DNA of 64,000 nt from Gemmatimonadaceae bacterium (GTDB taxonomy: Bacteria > Gemmatimonadota > Gemmatimonadetes > Gemmatimonadales > Gemmatimonadaceae). A program made the translations under genes and the position numbers. Where the stretch lies: NCBI GenBank assembly GCA_045803545.1, contig JBJMOW010000004.1, positions 480,001-544,000 of the forward strand, written 5' to 3'. Under the pieces are notes generated by a model. It had not been told where the DNA came from. It worked only from the letters and a program-made list of their open reading frames with translations, and did no database searches. Positions 1 through 9,778 of this stretch are shown in pieces (position 1 is the stretch's first letter; each line of letters begins with the position of its first letter).

Positions 1-282
1 CCAAGCGGTGGCTCGACCAAGCTCTCGCTGAGTCGAGATACGGTGGCTGATTTGTCCGGGGCAGCTGTCGAGCAGCTTTTCTCCTCGAGTGGCGAGCTCA
101 ATCTGGGAACTACCCGGAGAAGAAGGCAGGACTGAACGCCTTTTCGGCCGAAAAAATCGCCTGCCTATCGTCGAATTGTTCGGCGACAGAATTTTTACAA
201 TGTATAAAGGAATCTTCTTAAACCCTTTGTACGTACTATGAGTCTAAGAGTGCAAAGACCGGAACTTCCCCTCTCCGGCTGC

Positions 283-333
283 ATGCAAGAAGCGCTACTG
301 GTCGAGCTTGTAGGACGGGTGGGCCACCAGTAG
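283..333 (+). CDS. Putative attenuator leader peptide MQEALLVELVGRVGHQ (an in-frame upstream ATG at 238 gives 31 aa)
   Basis: ATG at 283 to TAG at 331-333. Clustered Leu/Val codons (CTA CTG GTC, CTT GTA, GTG) overlap alternative hairpins and precede an intrinsic terminator. Confidence 0.6.
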   Translation: MQEALLVELVGRVGHQ

Positions 334-337
334 CCAC

Positions 338-367
338 CCCCGTACCCGAAAGGGTACGGGGTTTTTT
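338..367 (+). terminator. Intrinsic terminator
   Basis: Perfect 10-bp stem CCCCGTACCC-GAAA-GGGTACGGGG followed by T6. Confidence 0.9.
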
Positions 368-368
368 G

Positions 369-845
369 TTATCTGGCGGGCGCGGCCTCCGGATATCCGG
401 TATCCATGATCACGAGCCAGCGATTTCCTTCTCGACGCCACACTGTGACGTACCGACCGCGTGAGAGCTCTTTGCCGCTGGTCTCGACTTTTCTACTCAC
501 AGCCCAATACCTGCCTGTCGTCGAGCCGATCGTTCCACCGCTGAAAACGTACGCATCCGTTGGCTCCCAATTGAGTGTGTAGGTAGTGTCGGAGATGTTC
601 GGCAGGTCGAACGCGCGGACCGCATCGTAGCCCTTCACCATGTCGGCGCGGTAGCGAATGCGAATCGCGTCACGAGCGAAGAAAGACATCCAGCCATCGA
701 TGCCGTTGCGCTGCGTAGCGTCGGCAAAATCACGATCGACCTGCATCAGAGATGCCTCGGTGGCGCCGGGTGCGCTGTTGGAGTTGACCGCCATGCTGCA
801 CCCGGTAGCCAGCAGCAATACAAAAACTACTTTCAGCGATTTCAT
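369..845 (-). CDS. NTF2/SnoaL-like (YybH/DUF4440-type) lipoprotein
   Basis: Lipobox LLLATGC; C-terminal GRYVTVWRRE...WLVIMD is typical of the family. Confidence 0.75.
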   Translation of the reverse strand: MKSLKVVFVLLLATGCSMAVNSNSAPGATEASLMQVDRDFADATQRNGIDGWMSFFARDAIRIRYRADMVKGYDAVRAFDLPNISDTTYTLNWEPTDAYVFSGGTIGSTTGRYWAVSRKVETSGKELSRGRYVTVWRREGNRWLVIMDTGYPEAAPAR

Positions 846-864
846 CGGGCGGGTAGGTTAGGGA

Positions 865-1674
865 ATGACTGACGTATTCACACGCGAGCTGCTGACAGGG
901 AAGAGCGCGATCATAACGGGCGGTGGCAGCGGAATCAACTTCGCGATTGCGAAGCGTTTCGCCGAGCATGGCGCGAACGTAGCGCTGATCGGGCGCACGA
1001 AGGAAAAGCTCGATGCGGCAGCCGCGGAAATCCGTAAAACTGGTGTAAAAGCTTCAGGACATCCCGCAGATGTTCGGGATTACGACGCCTTGGCTGGAGC
1101 AATCAAGGCGGCGCGCGAGGAGCTCGGCGAAATCGATCTCGTTGTCTGTGGCGCCGCGGGAAATTTTCCGGCGCCCGCGCTCGGTATGTCGGCCAATGGT
1201 TTCAAGTCGGTAATCGACATCGATCTGCTCGGCACCTTCAACACTTGTCGCGCCGTATTCGAGCATCTGCGACGGCCCGGTGCATCGATCATCAACATTT
1301 CCGCGATGCAGGCATTCACGCCGATGCCGTTCCAGGCGCATGTGTGTGCGGCAAAGGCTGGCGTGGACATGCTGACTAAGTGTCTTGCAATCGAGTGGGG
1401 CAGTCAGGGCGTGCGGGTGAACTCGATTGCGCCGGGAGCAGTGGACGACACCGAAGGAATGCGACGCCTGGCACCGACGCCACAAATCCGCGAACAGTTT
1501 ACGCGGGGAATTCCATTGAGACGATTTGCTACAAAGGACGAGATCGCTGACTTGGCGGTCTTTCTTTCGAGCGATGGAGCGCGCTTCATCACGGGCGCGG
1601 TAGTCGTCTGCGACGGCGGTCAATCGCTGGCCGGACTCGGCGTGAATATTACCGCAGCGACGGGCGCGACCTAA
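865..1674 (+). CDS. SDR oxidoreductase, 2,4-dienoyl-CoA reductase-like
   Basis: [26 protein letters not shown] and [10 protein letters not shown] motifs. Confidence 0.85.
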   Translation: MTDVFTRELLTGKSAIITGGGSGINFAIAKRFAEHGANVALIGRTKEKLDAAAAEIRKTGVKASGHPADVRDYDALAGAIKAAREELGEIDLVVCGAAGNFPAPALGMSANGFKSVIDIDLLGTFNTCRAVFEHLRRPGASIINISAMQAFTPMPFQAHVCAAKAGVDMLTKCLAIEWGSQGVRVNSIAPGAVDDTEGMRRLAPTPQIREQFTRGIPLRRFATKDEIADLAVFLSSDGARFITGAVVVCDGGQSLAGLGVNITAATGAT

Positions 1675-2561
1675 CTCCAGGTCAGCTCGTCGATCGACTT
1701 GGGCCAGTCTCCTTTCAGCAGCCGCGATAGCGCACGGTCCGCCAGCAGCTTGCCATCGGTCTGACACCGCGGGCAGTAGTTGGTTTCGTTATCGGCGTAA
1801 CGTATGCGCTGCACCGGAGTGCCACAAACCGGGCAAGGCTTCCCGAACTTGCCGTGGACGGCCATCTCGTCACGAAATGCGGTGACCTTTGCAGGGAAAT
1901 TCGCCCCCGCTTCGTCGCGCAGCCGCTGAGTCCATTCGACCAGAATCTCCTTCGTCGCATCGAACAACGTCGCGATCTCGTCGTCAGTCAGTCGCCTGGT
2001 GTGCTTCACCGGTGATATCTTCGCGCGATGAAGTATTTCATCGGAGTACGCGTTCCCAATCCCGCTGAACAACCGTGGATCCGTGAGCGAACGCTTCAGG
2101 GTGTGATTCTCGCCAATCAATCGTTCCTTGAACTCCGCCAGCGTGGCGTCAAGGACTTCGAGTCCGCCCCGCGCGAATTGGTCGAGTGATTCCTTACCGC
2201 GCACGAGCCAGAGAGATGCACGACGCTTCGATCCTGCCTCGGTCAATATCAAAGTGCCGTTCGGAAAGTCAAACGCAGCCAACCCGAGCTTTCCCGGAAC
2301 CTTGGTGCCACTCGCCTGCCAGCGCAGTCTTCCGGCGATCATGAGATGAATGACCAGAAAGAGATCGTCTTCCAGCTCGAGGACGATTCTTTTCCCCATT
2401 CGACGGACCGCGACCACCTTCTTGCCATTGGCGGCGCTTATTGGCGGATCGACCGAGCGGAGGAGAAATGGCTTGGCGATGCGAATCCGCTCCAGCGGCT
2501 GGCCCACGATGCGTGCCTCGAGTGCTTCGATGTAAACAGTGATATCGGGTAACTCGGGCAT
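1671..2561 (-). CDS. Fpg/Nei family DNA glycosylase/AP lyase
   Basis: N-terminal MPELP, H2TH motif [11 protein letters not shown], zinc finger CPVC...CPRCQ. Confidence 0.93.
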   Translation of the reverse strand: MPELPDITVYIEALEARIVGQPLERIRIAKPFLLRSVDPPISAANGKKVVAVRRMGKRIVLELEDDLFLVIHLMIAGRLRWQASGTKVPGKLGLAAFDFPNGTLILTEAGSKRRASLWLVRGKESLDQFARGGLEVLDATLAEFKERLIGENHTLKRSLTDPRLFSGIGNAYSDEILHRAKISPVKHTRRLTDDEIATLFDATKEILVEWTQRLRDEAGANFPAKVTAFRDEMAVHGKFGKPCPVCGTPVQRIRYADNETNYCPRCQTDGKLLADRALSRLLKGDWPKSIDELTWS

Positions 2562-2718
2562 CGATTGCTATTTCCGCCGAGCGAGTGCCGTCGTGGTCTG
2601 CTCGTGCGGCAACTGCGGCCAGTGCCTTCTTATAGTAGTCGGCAATGATCTGCCGATCGCGCCCCCTGGCCGGGCGGGAATGCGAAAGAATTGTGCGGTA
2701 TTCATTGAAAGATTGCAA

Positions 2719-3909
2719 TCAGACTGGGGAAAGTGCGCGATCGAAGTACTCGGTTGCCGCCTGTACATCTTCCGGGGAGAAATAGTCGACGCCAAGCGAT
2801 TCGGCGCCATCGAGCGCGATATCCGCAAGCGTACGTGCCATTCTCCGGAGCGCGGGATGTGAGAGGCCTTTGATTCCTGCCAACTCCAGCAAATCGATAC
2901 TCGGCGTTCCCACGATCTCGAATGCGCGTTGTGCGCTTTCGCGGTCGTAGGCGATCGCAGTCACGAACAGGACTGGCGCCGCCAGCCACCGAGGATCGAT
3001 GGTGTCCGCCGAGCGAAGCTCGAAGTACTGCTTGGGCCTGACCTCGGGAAAGAGTGTCGTCAGGTGAAAATCCCATTCTTCCATCCCCACCTTCGCGTCG
3101 CGCATCCATTCGCGAAATGTCTGGTAAGGCCTCTTCCCGTTCCCGCTGCGCATAGCGTACCCATCGAGCGCGAAGTCGACGTACTTGCGAATCGGGTCCT
3201 GCTCGTCGTAGGGAATGCCGGTGCGCGAATCGTCGAGAGTGCGCCAGAGATGAGCGCGATAGCTGGCGTGATCTGTCTTCCTGCCTGCGTAGTAGCTAGA
3301 GTTGGCGAAGAGGGCTGTCACTACCGGCGTAAGGGCGTTGAGCAGCAGCCAGCGACTCAGAGGATGCTCGCCGCGCTCGAGATTGATCTGGAGCGCTGCC
3401 GTCTGACGCATCATCCGCACGCCCGACGGGCCGATCGACTCGAAAAAAGCGTTCATTCCCGTGTAGCGTTCGCGGCGGAGCTGCAGCGGCACGGTGCCGA
3501 TGTCGTTGTACGGGTCCACACCCATGGTTACGAGCTCGATCCCCGCCTGTTGCATCGGATCGCGAATGGCATTCACCAGGTCGCGGGTGGCGGAGATGAC
3601 GGACGTCGCAGTTGCGGATGGGGTGCTGCTGATTTCTATCTGGCCGCCGGGCTCAAACGAGATGCGCGCGCCTCCACGCAGCTCCCACGACGGTGGATCG
3701 CTCCCATTTCGCTTTTCGGTCCAGGACTGTTTCCGTGCGAGGTCAGACAGCACACGAGTGGTCGCCAGAGGGAGTGCCGGCCTGCGCGTGAACTCGATTA
3801 CCGGAATGAGCTCAAGCTCGACACCCACCGCTCTTGGCGATGCCGACTCAAGGGGAGAGAAGAAGCGCTGCCGCACGTCCTCCAGCAACTGTGCCTCGGA
3901 GAGGCTCAC
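2719..3909 (-). CDS. egtA: Glutamate--cysteine ligase (GCS2 family), EgtA-like
   Basis: VGVELE, ISFEPGGQIEIS, MMRQTAALQINL and HLTTLFPEVRP motifs. Follows egtD; start taken at GTG 3909. Confidence 0.85.
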   Translation of the reverse strand: MSLSEAQLLEDVRQRFFSPLESASPRAVGVELELIPVIEFTRRPALPLATTRVLSDLARKQSWTEKRNGSDPPSWELRGGARISFEPGGQIEISSTPSATATSVISATRDLVNAIRDPMQQAGIELVTMGVDPYNDIGTVPLQLRRERYTGMNAFFESIGPSGVRMMRQTAALQINLERGEHPLSRWLLLNALTPVVTALFANSSYYAGRKTDHASYRAHLWRTLDDSRTGIPYDEQDPIRKYVDFALDGYAMRSGNGKRPYQTFREWMRDAKVGMEEWDFHLTTLFPEVRPKQYFELRSADTIDPRWLAAPVLFVTAIAYDRESAQRAFEIVGTPSIDLLELAGIKGLSHPALRRMARTLADIALDGAESLGVDYFSPEDVQAATEYFDRALSPV

Positions 3910-3917
3910 GTCGTTAC

Positions 3918-4907
3918 TCAGCTCTCCGCTCGGGCAAGTGCCAGCGCAAACGACCCATCCTGCGCCGGCATCCACCGCTCCATCAGCAGGCCGGAGGCGC
4001 ACAAGATGTCTTCGAGGATCCCGCGGTCGTACTTGTAACTCAGCTCGGTCCGGATGCTCTCGCCGGCGTCGAACGTAATCGTGCCGACCTCGGGGATGAC
4101 CACCTCGTGCGCTCTATGCGCGATCAGATGCATCTCGACTCGATGCTGTTCCTCGTTGTAAAACGCGCGGTGCTCATAGTCCGTGAGCGGAAAATCAGCG
4201 CCGAGCTCGCGGTTCAATCTCTGCAGAATATTGAGATTGAATGCGGCAGTGACTTCCTTCGAGTCGTTATAGGCACGGTGAATCACTTCCGGATCCTTGA
4301 TTAAATCTGCGCCGAGCAGGAATCTGTCGGTCGGTCCCATCGCGCGCGCAATGTGAGAGAGCAGGCTCACTGCCTGCTCGCGTGGGAAATTCCCGATGGT
4401 ACTGCCGAGGAAGGCGACGAGTGTGGGACTGGCCATCGGCGGCAATGAGAAGGGCTCGGTGATGTCGGACGCGACAGGCTTTATCTGAATGTCGGGATAG
4501 TCGGCGCGCAGCTGAATCGCCGTCGCTTCCAGAAAATCCTTGCTGACATCTATCGGTACATAGCACTCCGCGCAGCCATTGCTGCGCATCTGATCGAGAA
4601 TGATCCTGGTCTTTGTCGCACTGCCGGCCCCAAGCTCCACGAGCGAGCAGGGCTGCACGTGTGTCACGATCTCCTCGATTCGATTCTCCAGCAGCGAACG
4701 CTCGGCGCGGGTGAGGTAGTACTCTGGGAGCTGGGTGATCTCCTCGAACAACTCCGAACCTCGTTCGTCGTAGAAGTATTTTGGCGAGAGCTGTTTCGGC
4801 CGATGCGTGAGTCCATGCTGAACGTCGCGCACCATTTGCTGGCGCGAGCGCCGCACTGTGTACGGAGGCGTGCCGTTGACCAGATCGGAATGAATTCCGC
4901 TTTTCAT
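3918..4907 (-). CDS. egtD: L-histidine N-alpha-methyltransferase
   Basis: PKYFYDERGSELFEEITQLPEYYLTRAE, ELGAGS, FLGSTIGNF and IRTELSYKY motifs. ATG 4907 overlaps the egtB stop (ATGA). Confidence 0.93.
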   Translation of the reverse strand: MKSGIHSDLVNGTPPYTVRRSRQQMVRDVQHGLTHRPKQLSPKYFYDERGSELFEEITQLPEYYLTRAERSLLENRIEEIVTHVQPCSLVELGAGSATKTRIILDQMRSNGCAECYVPIDVSKDFLEATAIQLRADYPDIQIKPVASDITEPFSLPPMASPTLVAFLGSTIGNFPREQAVSLLSHIARAMGPTDRFLLGADLIKDPEVIHRAYNDSKEVTAAFNLNILQRLNRELGADFPLTDYEHRAFYNEEQHRVEMHLIAHRAHEVVIPEVGTITFDAGESIRTELSYKYDRGILEDILCASGLLMERWMPAQDGSFALALARAES

Positions 4908-6226
4908 GCGTCGCGCGCGCAGCGGAACCCGCTGAAGATCTGCCGCCGAATCGGATAGTCCCAATTCCGAAACGTGTTGCGGATCGCACCGGGGCGTGTG
5001 GCCCACGATCCCCCACGAAGGATTTTGTAGTCGGGGCCGAAGAATTCCTCGGAGTACTCTCGATATGGAAAGCTTCTAAAGCCGGGATAGGCGCGGAAAT
5101 CACTCGACGTCCATTCCCATACGTCGCCGATCATTCCGTAACAGCCGATCGGTGATACGTTTTCGTCGAAGGTCCCAACCGGTGCAGTGTCGAACGAAAG
5201 CTGGTCGATGTTCGCGTATCGTGAGTCAGCGCCATTCCCCCAGGGGAACGCCAGCGCGGTTCGCGAAGCTGGATCCCACGATGCGGCCGCCTCCCACTCG
5301 ATCTCGGTTGGCAAACGCTTGCCATCCCAGCGAGCGAACGCTTCAGCCTCATAGAAACAGACGTGACTTACGGGTCGCGTCGCATCTACTTCGCGTGTCA
5401 GCTCCATGACGCGGGTTGCCCACCGGCTCCCTTCGCGCTCCCAGTATTTCGGTGACTCCACGCCGCTGTCGGCGAGCCAGCGCCGCCCCTCCTCGGACCA
5501 CAGCTCCTCGCGCCTGTAACCGCCGTCGTTCATGAACTCAAGGTACCGTTCATTGGTCACAGGCAGGCGATCGATCAGAAACGGTTTTAGATCGACATAG
5601 TGCAGCGGCCGCTCGTTGTCGTACGCCGTGGTGCGGTCTTCGGTGCCAATGGTGACGCGAGAGCCCGGGAACTCCACCATCGCATTGGCAAATGATTTTT
5701 GCGGTCCGAAACGCCGGGCGCGCGGAGCGCGGTAAGGCTCGCCCTTCTTCAGCTGCAGCGTCTGCAGGATAGTCTCGTTGTGCTGGTACTCGTGCTGGAG
5801 CACCATGTGGTAGACGTAACCATCGCGCAGCAAAGGTTTCCTCTCGTCGAGCTCGATCGATTCGAGTCGATCCAGAACGCGCCCGCGAATTTCGTTCAGC
5901 CGCTCGATCATCTCTGTCAGAGTCGGCAGCTCGAGCGATGCGCGCGTTGATCGCGGATGCTCGAAGGGATTGTACAGCCCGGGCATCTCTGAGAACTCGA
6001 TCGGACCGTCGAGATTTCGCGTGAGCCACAATTCTTCGAAGTGCGCGATGTGACCAACGTCCCAAATGATTGGGCTCATCAACGGATCGTGCTGTCGATG
6101 CAAGTCCTCGTCGGACAGGCCGGAGAGGAGCAGCAGTGTCCGCTCGCGCGCTTCGCCAAGAAGACTTGCGATCTCCTGCTTCGAAGCTGCCGCAGTCGGT
6201 AGTGTGGGGATTGTGGAGATGTTCAT
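4904..6226 (-). CDS. egtB: Ergothioneine sulfoxide synthase (DinB-like plus FGE-like domains)
   Basis: SPIIWDVGHIAHFEE, HEYQHNETILQ iron ligands and RNWDYPIRRQIFSGFR. Start is 6226 or 6244. Confidence 0.92.
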   Translation of the reverse strand: MNISTIPTLPTAAASKQEIASLLGEARERTLLLLSGLSDEDLHRQHDPLMSPIIWDVGHIAHFEELWLTRNLDGPIEFSEMPGLYNPFEHPRSTRASLELPTLTEMIERLNEIRGRVLDRLESIELDERKPLLRDGYVYHMVLQHEYQHNETILQTLQLKKGEPYRAPRARRFGPQKSFANAMVEFPGSRVTIGTEDRTTAYDNERPLHYVDLKPFLIDRLPVTNERYLEFMNDGGYRREELWSEEGRRWLADSGVESPKYWEREGSRWATRVMELTREVDATRPVSHVCFYEAEAFARWDGKRLPTEIEWEAAASWDPASRTALAFPWGNGADSRYANIDQLSFDTAPVGTFDENVSPIGCYGMIGDVWEWTSSDFRAYPGFRSFPYREYSEEFFGPDYKILRGGSWATRPGAIRNTFRNWDYPIRRQIFSGFRCARDA

Positions 6227-6345
6227 TGGACCAGGCGGGCGCACCGCAAGTCTTGGAATGATACTGCTGGCGCGTAAACTTGCCAGACAAGCACGGTCGC
6301 CTACGTTCTTAGTGCGCTATAACCGTCCCTAACGGAAATAAAAAG

Positions 6346-7050
6346 ATGGCCGAGCAGAGAATTGCGCTCGTGACTGGAGGCAACAGAGGCATTGGTCTCG
6401 AGCTGTGCCGGCAACTCGGGCAACAGCGAATTCGTGTCATACTGTGCTCTCGCGACCCTGCGAAAGGTGTTGCAGCCGCTGCCGAACTAAAGGCGAATGG
6501 ATTACCAGTCGAGCCTCGCCAACTCGATGTCGCTAACGTTCAAAGTATCCGTGAATGTATGAACTGGGTTCGCCGCGAGGTCGGACGACTCGACGTCCTC
6601 ATCAACAACGCCGGCGTTATGGTCGAAGACGATGACGCTGATTCACTCGAAGAGCTCGAAATCGTGCGCGATACCATGCAAACCAACGTCTACGGTCCGC
6701 TGTTGTTGTCACGCCTCGCGATTCCGATCATGAAGACGCGCCGCTACGGCCGGATTGTGAATCTTTCCAGCGGCATGGGCTCGCTCAGTGAAATGGGAGC
6801 TGGGTACATCGCATACCGGATGTCGAAAGCGGGTATCAATGTGGTGACCCGGGTGCTTGCCGCGGAGACCGAAGGTATGGGGATTCTCGTCAATTCAGTC
6901 GACCCCGGCTGGGTGCGCACCGCAATGGGCGGACGAGGAGCGACTCGCTCTCTCGAGAAGGGCGTAGAAACCCCGGTATGGCTGGCGACACTATCTGACG
7001 ACGGGCCGACAGGTGGATTCTTTCGGGACAGGCGAGCGATTGCCTGGTAG
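6346..7050 (+). CDS. SDR oxidoreductase (carbonyl reductase-like)
   Basis: TGGNRGIG, NNAG, YRMSK and PGWVRT motifs. Confidence 0.9.
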   Translation: MAEQRIALVTGGNRGIGLELCRQLGQQRIRVILCSRDPAKGVAAAAELKANGLPVEPRQLDVANVQSIRECMNWVRREVGRLDVLINNAGVMVEDDDADSLEELEIVRDTMQTNVYGPLLLSRLAIPIMKTRRYGRIVNLSSGMGSLSEMGAGYIAYRMSKAGINVVTRVLAAETEGMGILVNSVDPGWVRTAMGGRGATRSLEKGVETPVWLATLSDDGPTGGFFRDRRAIAW

Positions 7051-7100
7051 AATTGCACTGACAAACTCGGCCCGGTAGGTTTTTCGCGTCGACGCGCAAC

Positions 7101-8855
7101 ATGGCAAATCCCAGTACTGCAGCACCCGGCCCGCCGGGCCGTCACAGCCCACTCATGCGAGTTTTCGAGCGGGTTCCGGTCATAGCAGGTATCAGCGTCG
7201 TTGCACTTGGCGCACTAGCTCTGATTGGGTGGTCGCTGAACACCCCGGCGATTGTCACCGCGCACGGCAGCGCTTATCCAATGCTGCCGCTCACCGCGGT
7301 CTGTTTCATTGTGGCCGGCGTGTCTTTGATCATCGCCACCCGAGCGAACCGAACGACGACGAGCGAGGCGGTTCAGCAAACTCTCGCTGCGCTCGTTTCA
7401 ACAATTGCCGGGCTCACCCTCTACGAATACTTGCGCGGCGGCGAATCCAGATTCGACCTGTTGCTGTTTGGCAGCCGCGTGCACCAGGTGTCGGCTGCAC
7501 CTCCAGGGCGAATGGCACTCAACACAGCAGGCACATTCCTGCTAATGGGTCTCGGTTTGCTGTCCCTCTCTCACGACCAGCGAAAGCGCGATTTCCGCGC
7601 GCAGCTTTTCGTCGCGCCCGGTCTGGTGATCGCGTTGGTTGCGCTGCTCGCGTACGTCTTCGCTGTCAGCGACGCGTACCGGTTTGCGCAAGGCTCCGGA
7701 ATGGCGCTGGCGACGAGTATCGGATTGCTGCTGCTTGGAAGTGGAATCCTCGTCGCGGTTCGCGAACGAGGTGTCGCATCGCTGTTGATGGATGAAGGCG
7801 CTGCAGGCGTCCTGACTCGTCGACTGTTACCGGCTGCGCTGGCGGCACCAATCATACTGGGCGTAATCAAAGTCGCGGGCGAGTCCGCGGGTATTTACGA
7901 ATCTGACTTTGGCGTTTCACTCTTTGCAATACTCAGCATCATCACCTTCGTCGGGCTCGTTCTCTGGTCAGCGCGCGTGCTGCGCGACACCGACCGTGAG
8001 CGGGTTGACCTCCTGGCGCTGGAGATGGAAGCCCGTGCTCACGCCGAGTGGGCACTGAAGGAAGCTGAGGAAGCACGCTCGGAAGCCGAGCGTGCCAACA
8101 ACAGCAAGACGGATTTCCTAGCTGTAATGTCCCACGAGCTGCGGACGCCGCTCACTGCGATCATGGGCTACGAAGAGCTTCTCTCAGATGGGATCACCGG
8201 TCCGGTCACCGAGCTGCAGCGTCAACAGCTGGGAAGAATCAACGCCAGCGCGCGGCACCTGCTCGGTTTGATCGACGAGATTCTGACCTTCGCGCGCGTC
8301 GATATCGGACGCGAGCGCGTGCGTTGGGAATCAATGTCCATCAATCACACACTCGGCGACGCGGCGGCGCTCGTCGAGCCGATGGCCGCCGCAAAAGACA
8401 TTCGGTTCGTCGTCGAGCTCCTCGAGGAAGATCAACCGATACAGACCGACGGCACCAAGCTGCGCCAGATGCTCGTGAATCTGCTGTCGAACGGCATCAA
8501 GTTCACGGATAAGGGTGAGGTTCGAGTCAGTTGTGTCGCAAACGAGGGCATGCTCGAGGTTAGAATCGCCGACACTGGTGTAGGCATCGCGGCGGAGAAC
8601 ATCGAGAACGTGTTCGAGCCTTTCTGGCAAGCTGAGCAAACCGCCACCAGAAAAACCGGCGGCACTGGCCTGGGCCTGAGTGTCACGCGCAAGCTCGCGC
8701 GGCTGCTGGGTGGTGATGTTACCGTGGCTAGCCGGCAATCAGCTGGCACCACGTTCCTTCTGAGACTTCCGATGAAGGCGCCAGCTGGCGAAACAGTGCG
8801 CCGTCGCGATACTCCGACGACGCCGCAGAGCGCGATTCCCGCGCTCCACATCTAG
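7101..8855 (+). CDS. Multi-pass membrane sensor histidine kinase (no adjacent regulator)
   Basis: About 7 hydrophobic segments, H-box SHELRTPL, N-box NLLSNGIKFT, G boxes DTGVG and GTGLGL. Confidence 0.92.
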   Translation: MANPSTAAPGPPGRHSPLMRVFERVPVIAGISVVALGALALIGWSLNTPAIVTAHGSAYPMLPLTAVCFIVAGVSLIIATRANRTTTSEAVQQTLAALVSTIAGLTLYEYLRGGESRFDLLLFGSRVHQVSAAPPGRMALNTAGTFLLMGLGLLSLSHDQRKRDFRAQLFVAPGLVIALVALLAYVFAVSDAYRFAQGSGMALATSIGLLLLGSGILVAVRERGVASLLMDEGAAGVLTRRLLPAALAAPIILGVIKVAGESAGIYESDFGVSLFAILSIITFVGLVLWSARVLRDTDRERVDLLALEMEARAHAEWALKEAEEARSEAERANNSKTDFLAVMSHELRTPLTAIMGYEELLSDGITGPVTELQRQQLGRINASARHLLGLIDEILTFARVDIGRERVRWESMSINHTLGDAAALVEPMAAAKDIRFVVELLEEDQPIQTDGTKLRQMLVNLLSNGIKFTDKGEVRVSCVANEGMLEVRIADTGVGIAAENIENVFEPFWQAEQTATRKTGGTGLGLSVTRKLARLLGGDVTVASRQSAGTTFLLRLPMKAPAGETVRRRDTPTTPQSAIPALHI

Positions 8856-8872
8856 GGATCAGCCACTTCGGA

Positions 8873-9778
8873 TCAACGACTTCGTTTCTTCGAGAGGCCG
8901 TTCAAGATTGGCGCGAGCTCGTTGCATAGCTCGCGGGCCAGAATGCCGATCGATCCAACACGACGCGTCAGCCGATTGCCAGCTTCGCCGTGCAGATACA
9001 CAGCCCATACGGCGGCCTGATCCAGTGTCGCTCCGCGCGCGAGCAATCCTACCAGCGCGCCGGCCAACACATCTCCGGAGCCTGATGTCGCCAATCCCAC
9101 TCCGCCTTCGGTGTAGCCAAACAGCTCGCCATACGGCGACGCTATAAAAGTTTCCGCGCCTTTCAGAGCAACAACGACGTTGAGATCCTCCGCCACTCGC
9201 CGCGCAACTGTCTGCGGATCCCGCTCGATCACTTCTCGCTTGTCGCCGGTGATCCTGGCCATCTCGTCGAAATTTGGCGTGAGCACGACACTGGTGTCTT
9301 CGCTGAAGCGATAGTGGCCACCGCGCAGCGCGTGCAAGGCCAGTGCGTCAATCACAAGCGTGCGATCCGCTACTCGGCGGATGATTTCGTCCATGAATCC
9401 GCGAATTGCATCGTCGTTGAGCATCCCCGGACCGATTAGCACCGCCTCTGCGTTGGCGACATCGCCGGCGCGTGAGCCCGATCTGCGATCGAGAAAGCCT
9501 TCGCCTGTCTCGGGCAAGCCAATCACCCGCGCTTCCGGCATCGCTACACCGAGTGCAGCGACTGTGCTTCGTGGACCGGCGAGCTTGAGTTTGCCGGCGC
9601 CTACGCGAAGTGCGGCGGTGCCCGCCAGAAGCAGAGCGCCGGGTACTTCTGCGGCTCCGCCAATTATCATGGCGACACCGCGATCCTGCTTGTCCGCCTG
9701 TTCGCCGGGTTCGGGCAGCGGCCAACGGCGCAGCAGCGCGCTCGTCACTGCGACCGGGCGTTTGTTAGCGCGCGCCAA
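8873..9778 (-). CDS. NAD(P)H-hydrate dehydratase-like protein (YjeF C-terminal/NnrD family)
   Basis: GAGKL, IGPGM, VIDALAL, LTPN..EMARI, LATSGSGDVLAG and LHGEAG motifs. Confidence 0.85.
   Translation of the reverse strand: MARANKRPVAVTSALLRRWPLPEPGEQADKQDRGVAMIIGGAAEVPGALLLAGTAALRVGAGKLKLAGPRSTVAALGVAMPEARVIGLPETGEGFLDRRSGSRAGDVANAEAVLIGPGMLNDDAIRGFMDEIIRRVADRTLVIDALALHALRGGHYRFSEDTSVVLTPNFDEMARITGDKREVIERDPQTVARRVAEDLNVVVALKGAETFIASPYGELFGYTEGGVGLATSGSGDVLAGALVGLLARGATLDQAAVWAVYLHGEAGNRLTRRVGSIGILARELCNELAPILNGLSKKRSR

Noticed and set aside
1..135. Open frame PSGGSTKLSLSRDTVADLS...RRRRQD, with KLSLSRDTVADL resembling a lanthipeptide leader
   Set aside because: No Cys-containing core and no modification enzyme in view. 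The frame is cut by the window edge and the true coding frame cannot be determined.
2269..2718. ORF in frame directly after the egtA TGA (possible readthrough), and a small ORF at 2568-2705
   Set aside because: EgtA looks complete at its stop, the extension overlaps fpg by about 290 bp, and there is no RBS or recognisable motif.
4904..6226. Selenoneine (SenA) or ovothiol (OvoA) interpretation of the sulfoxide synthase
   Set aside because: No SenB/SelD neighbours and no fused methyltransferase; egtD and egtA are adjacent.
6267..6286. Possible sigma54 promoter between egtB and the SDR gene (TGGCGCGTAAACTTGC)
   Set aside because: GG-to-GC spacing is 11 rather than 10; it is only a short inverted repeat.
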